Below, piece by piece: positions 1 to 12,386 of a stretch of 64,000 nt of DNA. Source of the stretch: Octopus sinensis (lineage: Eukaryota); the NCBI RefSeq assembly GCF_006345805.1, contig NC_042998.1, positions 63,674,001-63,738,000 of the forward strand, in the 5' to 3' direction. How positions within the stretch are numbered: position 1 is the stretch's first letter; each line of letters starts with the position of its first letter. Both the position numbers and the translations under genes were made by a program. Below the pieces are notes generated by a model. The model saw nothing but the letters and a program-made list of their open reading frames with translations, did not search any database and was not told the origin of the DNA.

Positions 1-294
1 TGTAAAATAACGTAGACACGAAATTGAAGGAAATACCTTCGTCATATATTGTGCTTTATAAGAGTTGTAAGCAGTTGCATCTAATGTGGCCCTCATCATA
101 TCCCAATATGTATTACGATAAAGAAATGTGTTCGAAATTTATTAAAAAATGAAGTAAGAACTTTTGATCTTTTATGACTATTCTTTTGTATTTAATTAAT
201 AAAAAAATGTTTAGCAAACTGAAATGTTTTGGAGATAAACACAGATATACTTACATATTCGGAGGGACATGCATACATATTTATTAACATATAA

Positions 295-472
295 GGCGTA
301 GGAGTGGCTGTGGGGCAAGTAGCCTGCTTACGAACCACATGGTTCCGAGTTCAGTCCCACTGCGTGACACCTTGGGCAAGTGTCTTCTACTATAGCCTCG
401 GGCCGTCCAAAGGCTTGTGAGTGGATTTGGTAGACGGAAACTGAAAAAATCCTGTAGTATATATATATATAA

Positions 473-534
<62 letters not shown>

Positions 535-760
535 GTATGTGTGTATGTGTGTGTATATGTTTGTGTGTCTGTGGTTGTCCCACAACGTCGCTTGACAACC
601 TATGTTCGTGTGCTCACGTCCCTGTAAATCAGCGGTTCGGCAAAAGAGACCGATAGAATAAGTACTAGGCTTGCAATGAATAAGTCCTGGGGTCGATTTG
701 GTCGACTAAATGTGGTGATCCAGCATAGCCACAGCCAAATGACTGAAAAAATTAAAAGAG
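295..760 (+). mobile_element. tRNA-derived SINE, family A (dominant family), full length with internal (TA)n(TG)n
   Basis: Head ggcgtaggagtggctgtgg..gagttcagtcccactgcg with A/B-box-like motifs. Conserved body cttgggcaagtgtcttctactatagcc..ggtagacggaaactg. Tail cagcatagccacagccaaatgactgaaa. About ten related copies in the window. Confidence 0.9.
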
Positions 761-2317
761 TACATATAATAAAGTACCAATAATATTTATGTTACAAAGG
801 GCCACGAGTACTCCCTCCTCGAAATAGCTAGCCTTATCTTAAAATTGGAAGCCAATAATATTTAGATTACGCAACGTATATGATATTTCATACAGCGAAC
901 ATAATTTTCATACATTCTCATCAGACACACCAAATGCCGTGTTCGTTGCCGTCCAAACATTTTTTCCCGGAAGCCATCGATCGACAGATGTTCAAACCAA
1001 ACCCCAAAATACTCTTCCTCAATTGTTTCAGGTTAGGATTAGTGTGAATATTATAGGCGCGGCACTTTTCTCAAGATTAAACAACAAAGAACATGTATTT
1101 CACAAATAACCAAGGGGTTATCATTCGATAGAGAATTACCAGCACGACGTTGTTGACAACAAGGAGGTTATTCACTGAAAATTCCAGCACACATAGCTAT
1201 AATTAAAATATACACAGCATTCTAATTTCCGCTTGCAAATGTAGGAACAGCTCTAAACCTGCAAATAAGAACAGTCTGGTAAACAAGTCAGAATAATTTG
1301 TCTCCCCAATCCTTTTCCGTATAACCAGGACTGCATTACAGAAGTCATGTTCACTTAGGTAGATGTTACTTTAGTTTTACTATTATCTGTTCAGTTTATA
1401 TTTGTTGTATTTTCCTGTAGTAGAATTAACAGGAAATTAAAGTATGTTGTAATAGAAGTATTTCTGAGAAGCAATGCATATTCTTCGAGAGACATTAACT
1501 AGTAATTGAAAGTGAAGCTTAATATTTTACATATTACCCCTTATCTAATGTATACATCTTCCCTACGCCCATCAATACTTACGTTATCCAATATAAGGTT
1601 CTTGGCATCTTATATTAGATATATACATCATTGATTTGATACAATGGGTTAAGAAAGTCTTCTCAAATAAATGATTTTACTATATGACTGGAATTCAATT
1701 ATCGATCGTGGAAGCCCTAATAAATCGAATCCAATTCATTACGGCTGTAGCAAATCTATAAATCCACTTTAATTCTTGTAAAACCGTGAATATTTCCCAA
1801 AATGCACTTTCACAACTGTCAACAGAACTCTGAGCATCAGATCCAAGATTGATGTCGACTTATCTCTAAACATGTTTATGTCATTATGTACGTTGAAAGA
1901 GAAGGTTAATAGATTTTGTTACAGCAACAACGACCAAATGCAAGACATACTTTAATCACATTTTAAGTGAATTTACGTTGACTTGCAGCCAAAATATTGC
2001 GCTAAGTAATCGGCAGTGAATAACACGAGAGAAACGTTATATCAACCAAATTAATACTTTAACACATTATCCTATTACTTCTTACCAATTACTGTCAAAG
2101 CTTGTGGCCAAATTCCAACATTCGAACTGACCTCAATACGTATAAATGCAAAACATGAAAATAAAAAAATACATGAGTAAAACAATTGAGAGAATTTATG
2201 CACTTCTATGGTTATAACGGTCTATGTGTTTTAAGCTTATTATTTCTGCAAGTATTTGTGGTGTTGATAGAATACGAGGGTAGTAGGTATACATACATAC
2301 GTACATACATATATATG

Positions 2318-2383
<66 letters not shown>

Positions 2384-2789
2384 TGTGTGTGTATATATAT
2401 ACATACATATATATATATATATATATGTGTGTATATATATATATATATATGTATACACGAGGGCACTATTGCTAAAAGTAGACGTCAAAAATACATCTGT
2501 ATCGCAGACTACTTACAAATTTACCACAGGCATGGTAGGAAAAAGTTCCTGTGAACATTAAAAACGTCTGCTGAATCAGCACAAGTACCACAGGTCAACG
2601 TGGTACCGGTTTCGAAATTAGCGCCAAATAGGTGATTGTTTCTCTTCATCCAAAGTCTGCCAGCTAACTACTACTACTACAATTCCCCCCACCAAATTTT
2701 CGTTCGGAATGACCAGACACTACTTAAACAAGTAAAATACGTGAAATTATTTATAAATATAAGAAGGGATGGTGTATATATATATATAC

Positions 2790-2845
<56 letters not shown>

Positions 2846-2904
2846 ATATCTATATCTATATCTATATGTCTGTATGTCTATGAAAATATATTTTTCTTTC
2901 TTTC

Positions 2905-3311
2905 TTTCATTCTTTTATTTGTTCCAGTCATTTGACTGCAGTCATGCTGGAGCACCGCCTTTTTTGAACCAATCTACCCTAGAACTTATTCTTTGTAAGC
3001 CTAGTACTTATTCTATCGGAATCTCTTGCCGAGCCGCCAGGTTACGCAGACGTAAACACACCAGCATCATTTGTCAAGCGATGGTAGGGAATAAACACAG
3101 ACATACACACAAATATATACATATACATACACACAAATATATATATATATGCATACAATGGGCTTCTTTCAGTTTCTGTCTACCTAATCCACTCTGAAGG
3201 CTTTGGTCCACCCCCTGCCGAATTTACAGTAGAAGACACTTGCCCAGGGTGCCACGCAGTGGGATTGAACCAGGAACCATGCTTTTTATCACACCGCCAC
3301 GTCTTCCCCTG
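2905..3311 (-). mobile_element. SINE family A
   Basis: Reverse complement of the family A head, body and tail (cagtcatttgactgcagtcatgctggagcaccgcc..gtagaagacacttgccc..gggattgaacc). Confidence 0.9.
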
Positions 3312-3627
3312 TATACACTTATCTAAGTAAATACATACATACGCTTACATTTACACGAGCAAACGCACCCTTCCCACCACACATATATATAAGATGCTTC
3401 ACCGTACAGATTGTGTAAACTATTTTGCACTTCGAAACCATAATTTTAGAGTTATCCAAACAATCAATTTTCTTCGCAGAGTGATCGAACCCAGAGTCTC
3501 GTAATGATAAATGAACCTCTTAATCATGTAACCACGCAGCTATGTCAACACCTCATATATAAATCTTTATGGTTAGATTTTGTATATTTTATTATTATTA
3601 TTTTTATTATTATTATTTTTATTATTA

Positions 3628-3691
<64 letters not shown>

Positions 3692-4339
3692 TTTGGTTGT
3701 ATACGTCTTTACATAGATACACAAATATACATGATTGATAGATTACAATGGTTTCAGAAGTGTTCCTAAATTGAAGTTTTTATTATGTGTCCGCAATTCA
3801 ATTATTTAATGTCCATTCTACTAATAATAACATAGTTGATTCCCATTCATTACAGTGGCTCCCTGTCTATAAGTCCGCAGTTATTCTAGTAAAGTGCGAA
3901 CAGCTACAAAATGCAATTTCCCAACTGTCAAAGATTGATTTCGACTTATCTTGAAACATGTTTATGTCATTACGTGTGACGATTGCACACTGAGTCTGTG
4001 ATTGAATTCTCTTTCTGGTATTTGTGTTTACATGATTATGTAATTATAGGGAAATGACATATTATTGAGCAGTAGGTATTTTGTTATATTTGGCTTTGAT
4101 TGATGTAGAAATGGAGTGTGATGTTAGAACTATACCGTGGATATGAAAGAGGAAAAGATAAAATAGACTGGGAAGGAAATACTGAAATATCTGAAACAGA
4201 TGAGATTTTCTTAATACGATTGAAATGATTTAGATAATCTCATTTACCGAGATTCTGAAATCTGTCATATGCCTAAAGAATAATAACGGCGGAAATTTGC
4301 ACTGTTCTCATGACAAATAAATGATTAAGAAAATATCCT

Positions 4340-4525
4340 TTCCCCTGGAACGGGAAGATGTTCTCTTACAAGGTTAACTTCCCAGCTATTGCTGACACCC
4401 CTTTCCAGCTGAATGGACTGGAGCAACGGGAAATGAAGTGGTTTTGATCAAGAACACAACACGAGGCCCGGTCAGGAAATCGAAACCAAGGTGTTACAAT
4501 CATTTGTCGAACACCTCAACTATCA
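4340..4525 (-). mobile_element. tRNA-derived SINE family B, old partial copy
   Basis: cagctgaatggactggagcaacgggaaatgaagtggttttgatcaagaacacaac is the reverse complement of the body of the 10412-10742 copy. Confidence 0.65.
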
Positions 4526-5039
4526 AGCCACACGCATTCCCATGTTTTACAGAGATGGAAAGAAAAAAATATTTACATATTTGCTTAGCAACTGCATGGA
4601 ATCAGTTTCAATCCCACTACCTGAAAACTTGAAATTGTCTTTTACTTTAACCGTGAAACAACCATTTGCTTGTGGAGAAAATTGGCCAAAGGAAACTGTA
4701 AAGAAACCCTTCATATATGTTTCTGTTTGCGTATGTGTGCTTGCATGAATGGAGGCGGATTTTGTCTCCCAGTTCTTAATAACCAGTGAAGATTTATTTA
4801 AGTCCGTATAACTTAGCGTTTCGGCGGAACGATATACTTCCATTTAATTCTCCAGTTAATTGAGGCCAAATTAAAACATTCTTATCAATTTTAACAATTT
4901 CACTTTGCATAATGACAAGTTACACTGCGTTGCGCAGTGCATAGTAAGATAAGACTGGATTTTGTATTACAGAACGAATGAATGTCTCGCGAGTCTTGAG
5001 CATTGTAAGATATTACAAACTTAGTTGCATTGAGAAGCT

Positions 5040-5330
5040 CTCTTTCTAACGTCGTGGTTTCGAATTGAGTGCCACTGCACGGTTTCGTAGCAAATGGTTT
5101 CCACTATTTTTCCTGGCCGAACAATACTGTGTGGGTGAATTTGGTAGAGGGAAACTCGTGGAAATATATATGTTAAATGTTTGTCTTGGTGCTTCTGCTT
5201 AACAACCAGTGTATGCAAATAATGTAAATAAGCTTCCATAAGCTAGCGGTTGGACAAAATAGACAAGAAATTAATACCAAACATCAAAGAATGACCAATG
5301 GGGCTGGTGCCCCATAATGGCCGCACATCC
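5040..5330 (+). mobile_element. Highly diverged SINE family A copy
   Basis: gtgccactgcacgg..ggccgaacaatactgtgtgggtgaatttggtagagggaaac and tail ggtgccccataatggccgcac align loosely to family A. Confidence 0.55.
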
Positions 5331-5934
5331 ATCACTGAAACAAATAAATTCTATCTATGTTAGACTCATTTCACACCATCAGAAAATTATGTTTATTTAT
5401 TTTTGCTGTTGTTTTTGTAGTTGTTTTCTTGATGTTGTTGCTGCTGTTGATGTTAGGTTGCATTCAGTGCCTGAACGTAAATAACCTACATTATATGGTG
5501 GATCATTTTTCAGTTCGTTGATCAGCATTATGAAATAATATAGTAAGGAAACGTTTGATGATGTTACTGATTATGAAGATGAAAACGAGGACGAGGATAA
5601 CGACAAAGAGGTTAATGATGACATATTTTCTGATTCAGACTGAGTGGTAATTCACATAATCTGATAGAATGAACGGGTGTTCGATAAACTGATTCAACAC
5701 GTCTCATACAAATAAATTGAATTATACGAACGACCATATATATGTAAACATTTCTACAGAATGTTATGATCTGCTAAAAGAATACGTAATTTCCCGGTGT
5801 AGCATTAAATCACTTCCTTTAAGAAGGCTTCTGACAGAGAAAAAATCCGAAGCTTCAGACAAATTTGATAATGAACTCCGAAGATTATATCTTGAAGTAA
5901 AATTCACGTTGAACATTGAAAATAATAAAATATA

Positions 5935-6335
5935 GGCGCAGGAGTGGCTGTGTGGTAATTAGCTTGCTAACCAACCACATGGTTCCGGGTTCAGTCCCAC
6001 TGCGTGGCATCTTGGGCAAGTGTCGTCTGCTATAGCCCCCGGCCGACCAATGCCTTGTGAGTGAATTTGGTAGACGGAAACTGAAAGAAGCCTGTCGTAT
6101 ATATGTATATATATATATGTATGTGTGTGTGTTTTTGTGTCTGTGTTTGTCCCCCTAGCATTGCTTGACAACCGATGCTGGTGTGTTTACGTCCCCGTCA
6201 CTTAGCGGTTCGGCAAAAGAAACCGATAGAATAAGTACTGTGCTTACAAAGAATAAGTTCCGGGGTCGATTTGCTCGACTAAAAGGCGGTGCTCCAGCAT
6301 GGCCGCAGTCAAATGACTGAAACAAGTAAAAAAAA
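5935..6335 (+). mobile_element. SINE family A, well-preserved full-length copy
   Basis: ggcgcaggagtggctgtgtggtaattagcttgctaaccaaccacatggttccgggttcagtccc..aaaggcggtgctccagcatggccgcagtcaaatgactgaaacaagtaaaa. Confidence 0.95.
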
Positions 6336-6729
6336 GGGTGAGGTTGGTGGTTAACAGCAGTGAGTTTGCAGGAACATCCAATATTGGTAGATGAACATGC
6401 AATGAAAAACCACAGTTCATGTGGTCGCTACCACTCGACTGATGGAGATAATGTTGCTCGTAGACACGTTCTTATATCTGACACATATAAATACTGCCAC
6501 TGTCCTTTCTGTCTGCATTGCATACTGCACTTATAGTGAACTCGGTTCATCAGAGCTGACGATACACTTACTATTTAGCTCACCCAGCTAACCCATCTCC
6601 CTTTCCCTCAACAGCCATCCTCTGTATATTCATTCAAGGTTCTACAGTTACCAATATACCCAGATCTTCCTTGCAAAGAAATCCTTCTTAACAGTCTATT
6701 CTGTTCACGTTTTCATTGTAACTTTGATA

Positions 6730-7170
6730 GGTTTCGGCCAGTATAGACCTAGGTCATGTCTAACATAATAGCACCACATAGGGAAGTATTTTAGTCTTAT
6801 ATAGGGCACCATGCACCACTCTAACAAAGATCTATTATTGCTGGAGGCATATCCGGGTGTAGGAGGTTGGTTCAGGATATTTTGGAGAAATTTGTCCTGA
6901 TAACTATTGAATTTTATGGGTTCCGTTTCTGCTTTGACGTATTTTAGTATAGTATTAAAAAGAGCTGGAACGATTGAGGTAAAGTAGTTGCGTCGTAATA
7001 TTATTATGTGTCTTGAGTTCGATTTTTGTAGTGGGCGGATAGTACGGAGGCAAAGTCTTGGGTGGACTTCAAAATTGATGCCACGAAACGCAAAATTTCA
7101 AGTGGTTCATAAACAGTATAAATTTCATTGGGTTCAGAAAGTCGCAAAGGCCATGAGTACAGAACCAAGC
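6730..7170 (-). mobile_element. CR1-like LINE 3' remnant (ORF2 C-terminus plus 3' UTR)
   Basis: Minus frame reads ILRRNYFTSIVPALFNTILKYVKAETEPIKFNSYQDKFLQNILNQPPTPGYASSNNRSLLEW. This resembles LINE ORF2 C-termini and the 53586-53786 peptide. Truncated at the mariner insertion. Confidence 0.6.
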
Positions 7171-7172
7171 TA

Positions 7173-8451
7173 GCAGGTCATCCCATAAGTTCTGTCCGAT
7201 TTTTAAAAAGTGAATGAAATTAATGCTATTTTAGAATGTATAATGGAATTAAAATCATTTTTATGCATTTGTGTACATTTAAACTAATTAAATATTATGT
7301 TTCAGAATAATAGAATTAAAATTTTTTTGATTAAAACCCTTTCTAACAGGGAAGTATCTAAAGAGCATTTAAGACACATAATGCTTTATGTGTACACAAA
7401 AGGAAACTCTGCAGCCGAAGCGACTCGAAACATACACTCAGTTTAAGGGACAGAATGCTTGAATGACAGAGCTTGCAGAAGATGGTTTGCAAAATTCAGA
7501 AGTGGAGATTTCAGCCTTGAACCTGAAGATCGAACAGGACATACTACTGAGTTTGATGATAAGCTCCTTGAAGCATTACTTGAAGAAAATCCTGCATTAT
7601 CAGTTGAGGAATTGGCAATAAAACTTAGTTCAAAACATAAACTGTTCATTGTCATCTTCAACAACTTGGAAAGGTTCCTAAACTTGGAAAATGGGTACCT
7701 CATCAATTGTCCAAAAGCAACCGCAAATCCTGAGTTGACATCTGCTCTTCTCTCCATTCTCACGAACTCATTTCACCCTTTTTGGATAGACTTATGACTG
7801 GTGGTGGAAAATGGACCTTCTATCGAAATGTTAAACGTCGTAAACAGTGACTTGGTAAAAGGGAAAAAGCTCAACCACAACAGAGAAGGGAACTTCGTGG
7901 GGAAAAAAAAGTTTTTTTTCTATCTGGTGGTATTGCAAATGAGTAATTCCCTTTCAATTGTTACTACTTAATGCAACAATAAATGTTCAAGTCTACTGTC
8001 AACAATTAGAGCGTTTGAACCAAGCTTTCAAGAAAAAAAGACCCGCTTTAGTGCATGGAAAAGAAGTGATGTTTCATCAGGACAATACGCAACCCAACAC
8101 TGCAAAGTTCACATCACAGAAGATCGAGGAGCCTGGTTGTGACAAAATTCCTCATCCACCTTATTCTTCCAACCTTGCTCCTTCAGACTATCATTTGTTT
8201 CGTAGTTTACAGAATCATTTGGGGACATAACTTCTGCAGCCAGGAGCAGGTCGAAACTGACATTTCAGAGTGCTTCGCTTTGAAACCAAAAGAGTTTTAC
8301 AATGATGGGATTAAAAAGTTTGTAAATAAATGGAAGGAAGTCATAGATAATCAGGGCAAGTACATTGATGATTAAATTTCAATTAAATATAACATTTAAT
8401 CACTTGTTTTCTTTATTCAAAATTTTTGTCAGAACTTATGGGATGACCTGA
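7173..8451 (+). mobile_element. Full-length non-functional mariner DNA transposon (1279 bp)
   Basis: TIRs caggtcatcccataagttctg (7174) and cagaacttatgggatgacctg (ends 8450). TA at 7171-72 and 8452-53. Broken transposase frames include RRWFAKFRSGDFSLE, KWVP-like region, FHQDNTQPN and PHPPYSSNLAPSDYHLF. Confidence 0.95.
7380..8375 (+). pseudogene. Mariner transposase pseudogene (frameshifts, stops, first catalytic Asp region reads TGGGKW)
   Basis: ORF pieces 7459-7797, 7958-8230 and 8139-8375 give successive parts of a D,D34D-type transposase in different frames. Confidence 0.9.
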
Positions 8452-10361
8452 TACTTAAAAGAAAGGCAACACATTAATATGCTGTATCACCCTAATATTC
8501 GGAGGATTGTGTTAAAAGCATCAAAAACCGTGAAACGGATAGGTTTTACGATTTAACATGTGGTATGCCACTGATCATCATTTGCCACTGATCTCTCCAA
8601 ATTTGAATAATGATTGGGATAAATTACAAAGAGCTACTACATTGGAACTTGCTTAATCATAGTAGGCTAATTACATTTGTGCACTAAATTAATATTGCAT
8701 CTGTAGTGGGAATAAAACGTATTATTTACTCAATTATTAATTTTAATCAAGAAAAATAAAGAAAGGATCTACGTAATGCGGATTAATCAAACGACGAATG
8801 GAAACATCCAGTGGTAAGTGAATTTGAACTTTTTGCAGTATGGTGAAAATTTAGCATGTGTGTATTAACTGCCAGTTCTCATATGGCTGGAAGACACGAG
8901 GAATTTGGTTCTATGAATATAGACTAGTGTGACAATGTAAGTTAATGGAAGACTGCCTAGGGAAATTTTCTGCATTATGTTGGAAATCGAGGAAAACGTT
9001 CTTAATGTTGTGAGTCAGAAGATAGTTTATTAAGGAATATCATTGGGAAGCGATGGAGTAATATCATTAAGACAATATGTTTGGGTAATAAACCTCAAAT
9101 AAAATTTGTTCATAGCTTACGCAAATTTGATAGGGTATAATATATTTAATATTTGGAGCTAAAATAACTGCGATTCATTGATGTTAGCGGACAGAATTCC
9201 TTCAAAATATATATAGACTGTTTATAAAAAAAGGAAGATTGATAGCATTTTTAGGGTAAAATTATTAAGATTTTGGAAACAAATGGCGGTGCGGGAGTTT
9301 TTATGTCAAATGGTAATAGCAATAGGAATGTGTATAATTAAAACTCTTCGGGGGAAGTACTTACATAATTATTACCTGCATTGAAATATATATAAAAAAA
9401 AATCGTTTGTAATTATTCTAGAAAGCAGCTTTCGTATCATTGTTAGAACAGAGTCCTACTTAGGCATAAAGACGCCTGGAAGCATCTATCAAGTGCAAAT
9501 TTATAGAGAGGGAAGCACCTCATTGTATGAATGTATGTAGTTTCTGAGATTCTAATCCAGGGACAATTCATTTCAATATTCCAATTGCGGAAATTGGAAT
9601 AACGCTTTCAGGAACACATGATAAAAATCCATTCTTCTGTCAGTAACACCGGTTAACTTAGCAAGCAAAGAATATAAGAAAACGTACGGCAATATGGGGA
9701 TATAAGAGACATCATGCTTATTAACGTCATGCCTATTTCAAGGGAGATTACCTCTTTTGTCAATTTTCGAGCCAGTGTTAATATTTACTCAGAGAAACCA
9801 TTCAAAGTCAATATTGCGAGCCAGTGCACAAATATTGGATAAGAAGTTTTCTGATTTCCTTGTTTTAACATACTGGGAATACTTCCATTAGTTCAACGAT
9901 GACAGCTCCAATAATAAGTACCTAAAAGGGCAATGGGCAATTAACTTACTTTTGCAAACTAATGCAGAAAGTTTTCTATAATGACTTTTGAAGTCGCTGC
10001 CTACCAATGAAACGTTCATCAAACACAGCTATCTCTAAGGAAATTATATTAGCAATACGTTATTAGTTTTTCGGGTTTTCTACTCAGTCGGGAGGTGCTG
10101 CTCAAAACATATTCGTTTTCAGACATTTGCGAACAAATTAAAACATGCACATACGTTTTTGGCCATATCTAAAGCACACACATACACACACGCACACATA
10201 CGCACACACACACACCACACACCACACACCACACACATTAACGCATAATTGTATGAATATGCTTTCTTGTGAAGAAATACAGTCAACCACCCGCTTACGT
10301 ACGAACACAAATTCTGCCATATATGTTATTCATATGAATATATATATATATGCACACACAG

Positions 10362-10407
<46 letters not shown>

Positions 10408-10411
10408 TGAA

Positions 10412-10742
10412 GGCGAATGGTTCAGTGGATAGAGCATAGAGCTTACGATCGTGAGGTTGTAAGTTCGTTTCCCGGACCGAGTTGTGTGCTGTGCTTTTGA
10501 GCAAGACACTTTATTTCACATTGATCCAGTTAACTCAACTGTAGAAATGAGTTGCGACATCACTGGTGCCAAGCTGTATCGGCTTTTGCAACTCCCTGGT
10601 ATAACATCAGTGGTGTGGAGAGGGGAGGCTGATACGCATAGGTGACTGCTAGCCTTCCACAAACAAACTTGCCCTGACTTGTACCTCGGAGGGTAACTTT
10701 CTAAGTGCAATCACATGGTCATTTATGACCAAAGGGGTCTCC
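10412..10742 (+). mobile_element. tRNA-derived SINE family B
   Basis: tRNA-like head ggcgaatggttcagtggatagagc..gtaagttcgtttccc followed by body cttttgagcaagacactttatttcacattgatccag..gccaagctgtatcggc. Confidence 0.85.
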
Positions 10743-10761
10743 TCCTCCTTTTATATATATA

Positions 10762-11062
10762 TCACCGTGACCGACCAGGCTATCAGATGTTGCTACGCAT
10801 CGCTGGTCACAATTCGCTTCGCATTGTTTTAGCCTTCAAATGACGCCACCCCGTTCGCTAAGCGAGCAGGCCAACAGAAGAAAGAGTGAGAGAAAGTTGT
10901 GGCGAAAGAGTACAGCAGGGTTCGCCACCCCCATCCCCCGTCGGAGCATCGGGGAGCTTTAGGTTTTTTCGCTTAATAAACACTCACAATGTCCGGTTTG
11001 GGTATCGAGACCGCAATCCTACAACCGCGAGTCTGCTGCCCTAACCACTGGGCCATTATGCC
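10762..11062 (-). mobile_element. tRNA-derived SINE family C
   Basis: Minus head ggcataatggcccagtggttagggcagcagactcgcggttgtaggattgcggtctcgatacc. Related copies at 21745-22050 and 34682-35045. Confidence 0.85.
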
Positions 11063-11103
11063 TTCATACATACACATACATACATACATACATACATGCA
11101 TAC

Positions 11104-11212
<109 letters not shown>

Positions 11213-11969
11213 GTAAGGAATTTTTTTAAAAAAAAACAGAATGCTCAAATGAAAGAAAATTTTAATAAAATGAATAAAATGATAAATATATAAATATATA
11301 TTTATTCACCGGTTTTCGTCATTGTATGACTTGTCAAGAATATTTATGTTTTAAGAAGTTATTTTAAAAATTAGAAATGGGAAAAAAAGAAAATTGCATT
11401 GTTTTTTGTAAAAGAATAATGAAAAAATGTACAAAAATTAAAAAATAAGTTCTCCGATACATTGTGAGTTCGTTGTGTATCTTGAGTTTTATGGTTGTTT
11501 ACCAAAAATTACCTTGAGGTGTTAAGATCCAAAGGGATTAAGAGCATGTGATGTGTTGTGTTGTTAATTCAGCATGTTGCAGGACAGGAAGTAGTAGTAA
11601 TTGTGGTCCTGGTTCTTCAGTTCCTGTTGTGGGTAAGGGGAGACAACTCTTTTGAGTTCTTCAATAAAACCCAAATTATAAAAATATCATTTTAGCTTCA
11701 TTTGCATTATCTTTTTTATATAATTGCTTGTTAACTTAACTTTCAGATTTTAACACTTTATTTATATTATTTTCTAATAATATAAATCTGCATAGACAAT
11801 TGCATTTCAAATTGTCATATCATTTATAATAAAAATGATAGTAATAACAACAATAGTAAAAATGATATTTAAAGAATATAAGTTTTAGCTTGAAGTGATG
11901 AATGCATGGTATCTTTATATATTTGTGTTAGTCCATCCATGAAGAGTGAGGTAGAGAAAGGAAGTTTGA

Positions 11970-12231
11970 TCAACGAGGAGTTTGCATATTAAGTTGTGTT
12001 TGGAATTTTTCAATAAAGAGATTCTCCTTGTTAATTCTCTCCTGTGGTGATCCCCTCTTTACATTGGTAGAAGGGGAATATATAGATATATTGTTTGGGG
12101 TTTAAGTCTTTAGCACATGAGTCTAAGTGGTCACTCAGTGGAATTTGTCGGTATTCCGGAAGGTTTATTTGTTCTTTATGCACCGTTACTCGTTTACGTA
12201 ACGGGAGACTCGTTTGTCCAACATAATTATG
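11970..12231 (-). pseudogene. PLE GIY-YIG endonuclease fragment, one frameshift near 12035
   Basis: HNYVGQTSLPLRKRVTVHKEQINLPEYRQIPLSDHLDSCAKDLNPKQYIYIFPFYQCKEGITTG / RINKENLFIEKFQTQLNMQTPR*. Colinear with ORF 52489-52782. Not listed in the ORF track. Confidence 0.85.
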
Positions 12232-12345
12232 CGCTGGTTGCCAACATAATTTTTGTACATTTTTATCATTATTCTTTTACAAAAAACAATGCAATTTTCT
12301 TTTTTTCCCATTTCTAATTTTTAAAATAACTTCTTAAAACATAAA

Positions 12346-12386
12346 TATTCTTGACAAGTCATACAATGACGAAAACCGGTTGAATA
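12346..12386 (+). ncRNA. Degenerate minimal type-I hammerhead ribozyme motif (second copy on minus at 11303-11342)
   Basis: tattc-ttgacaa-gtca(tacaa)tgac-gaaa-accggtt-gaata: stem I tattc/gaata, CUGANGA-like core with substitutions, 4-bp stem II, GAAA, palindromic accggt. Activity doubtful. Confidence 0.55.

Noticed and set aside
295-375. tRNA-like sequences at SINE heads (also 10412, 11062, 34682)
   Set aside because: They continue into SINE bodies and lack complete cloverleaves, so they are not called as tRNA genes.
895-930. ctgatga..gaaa on minus as a hammerhead
   Set aside because: No stem II or stem I pairing and no PLE context.
1134-1260. Splice-bounded segments with stops in all frames (this one on minus; also ~8847-8936 on plus)
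   Set aside because: Such AG/GT pairs arise often by chance in AT-rich DNA and no coding frame supports them. A UTR or lncRNA exon cannot be excluded.
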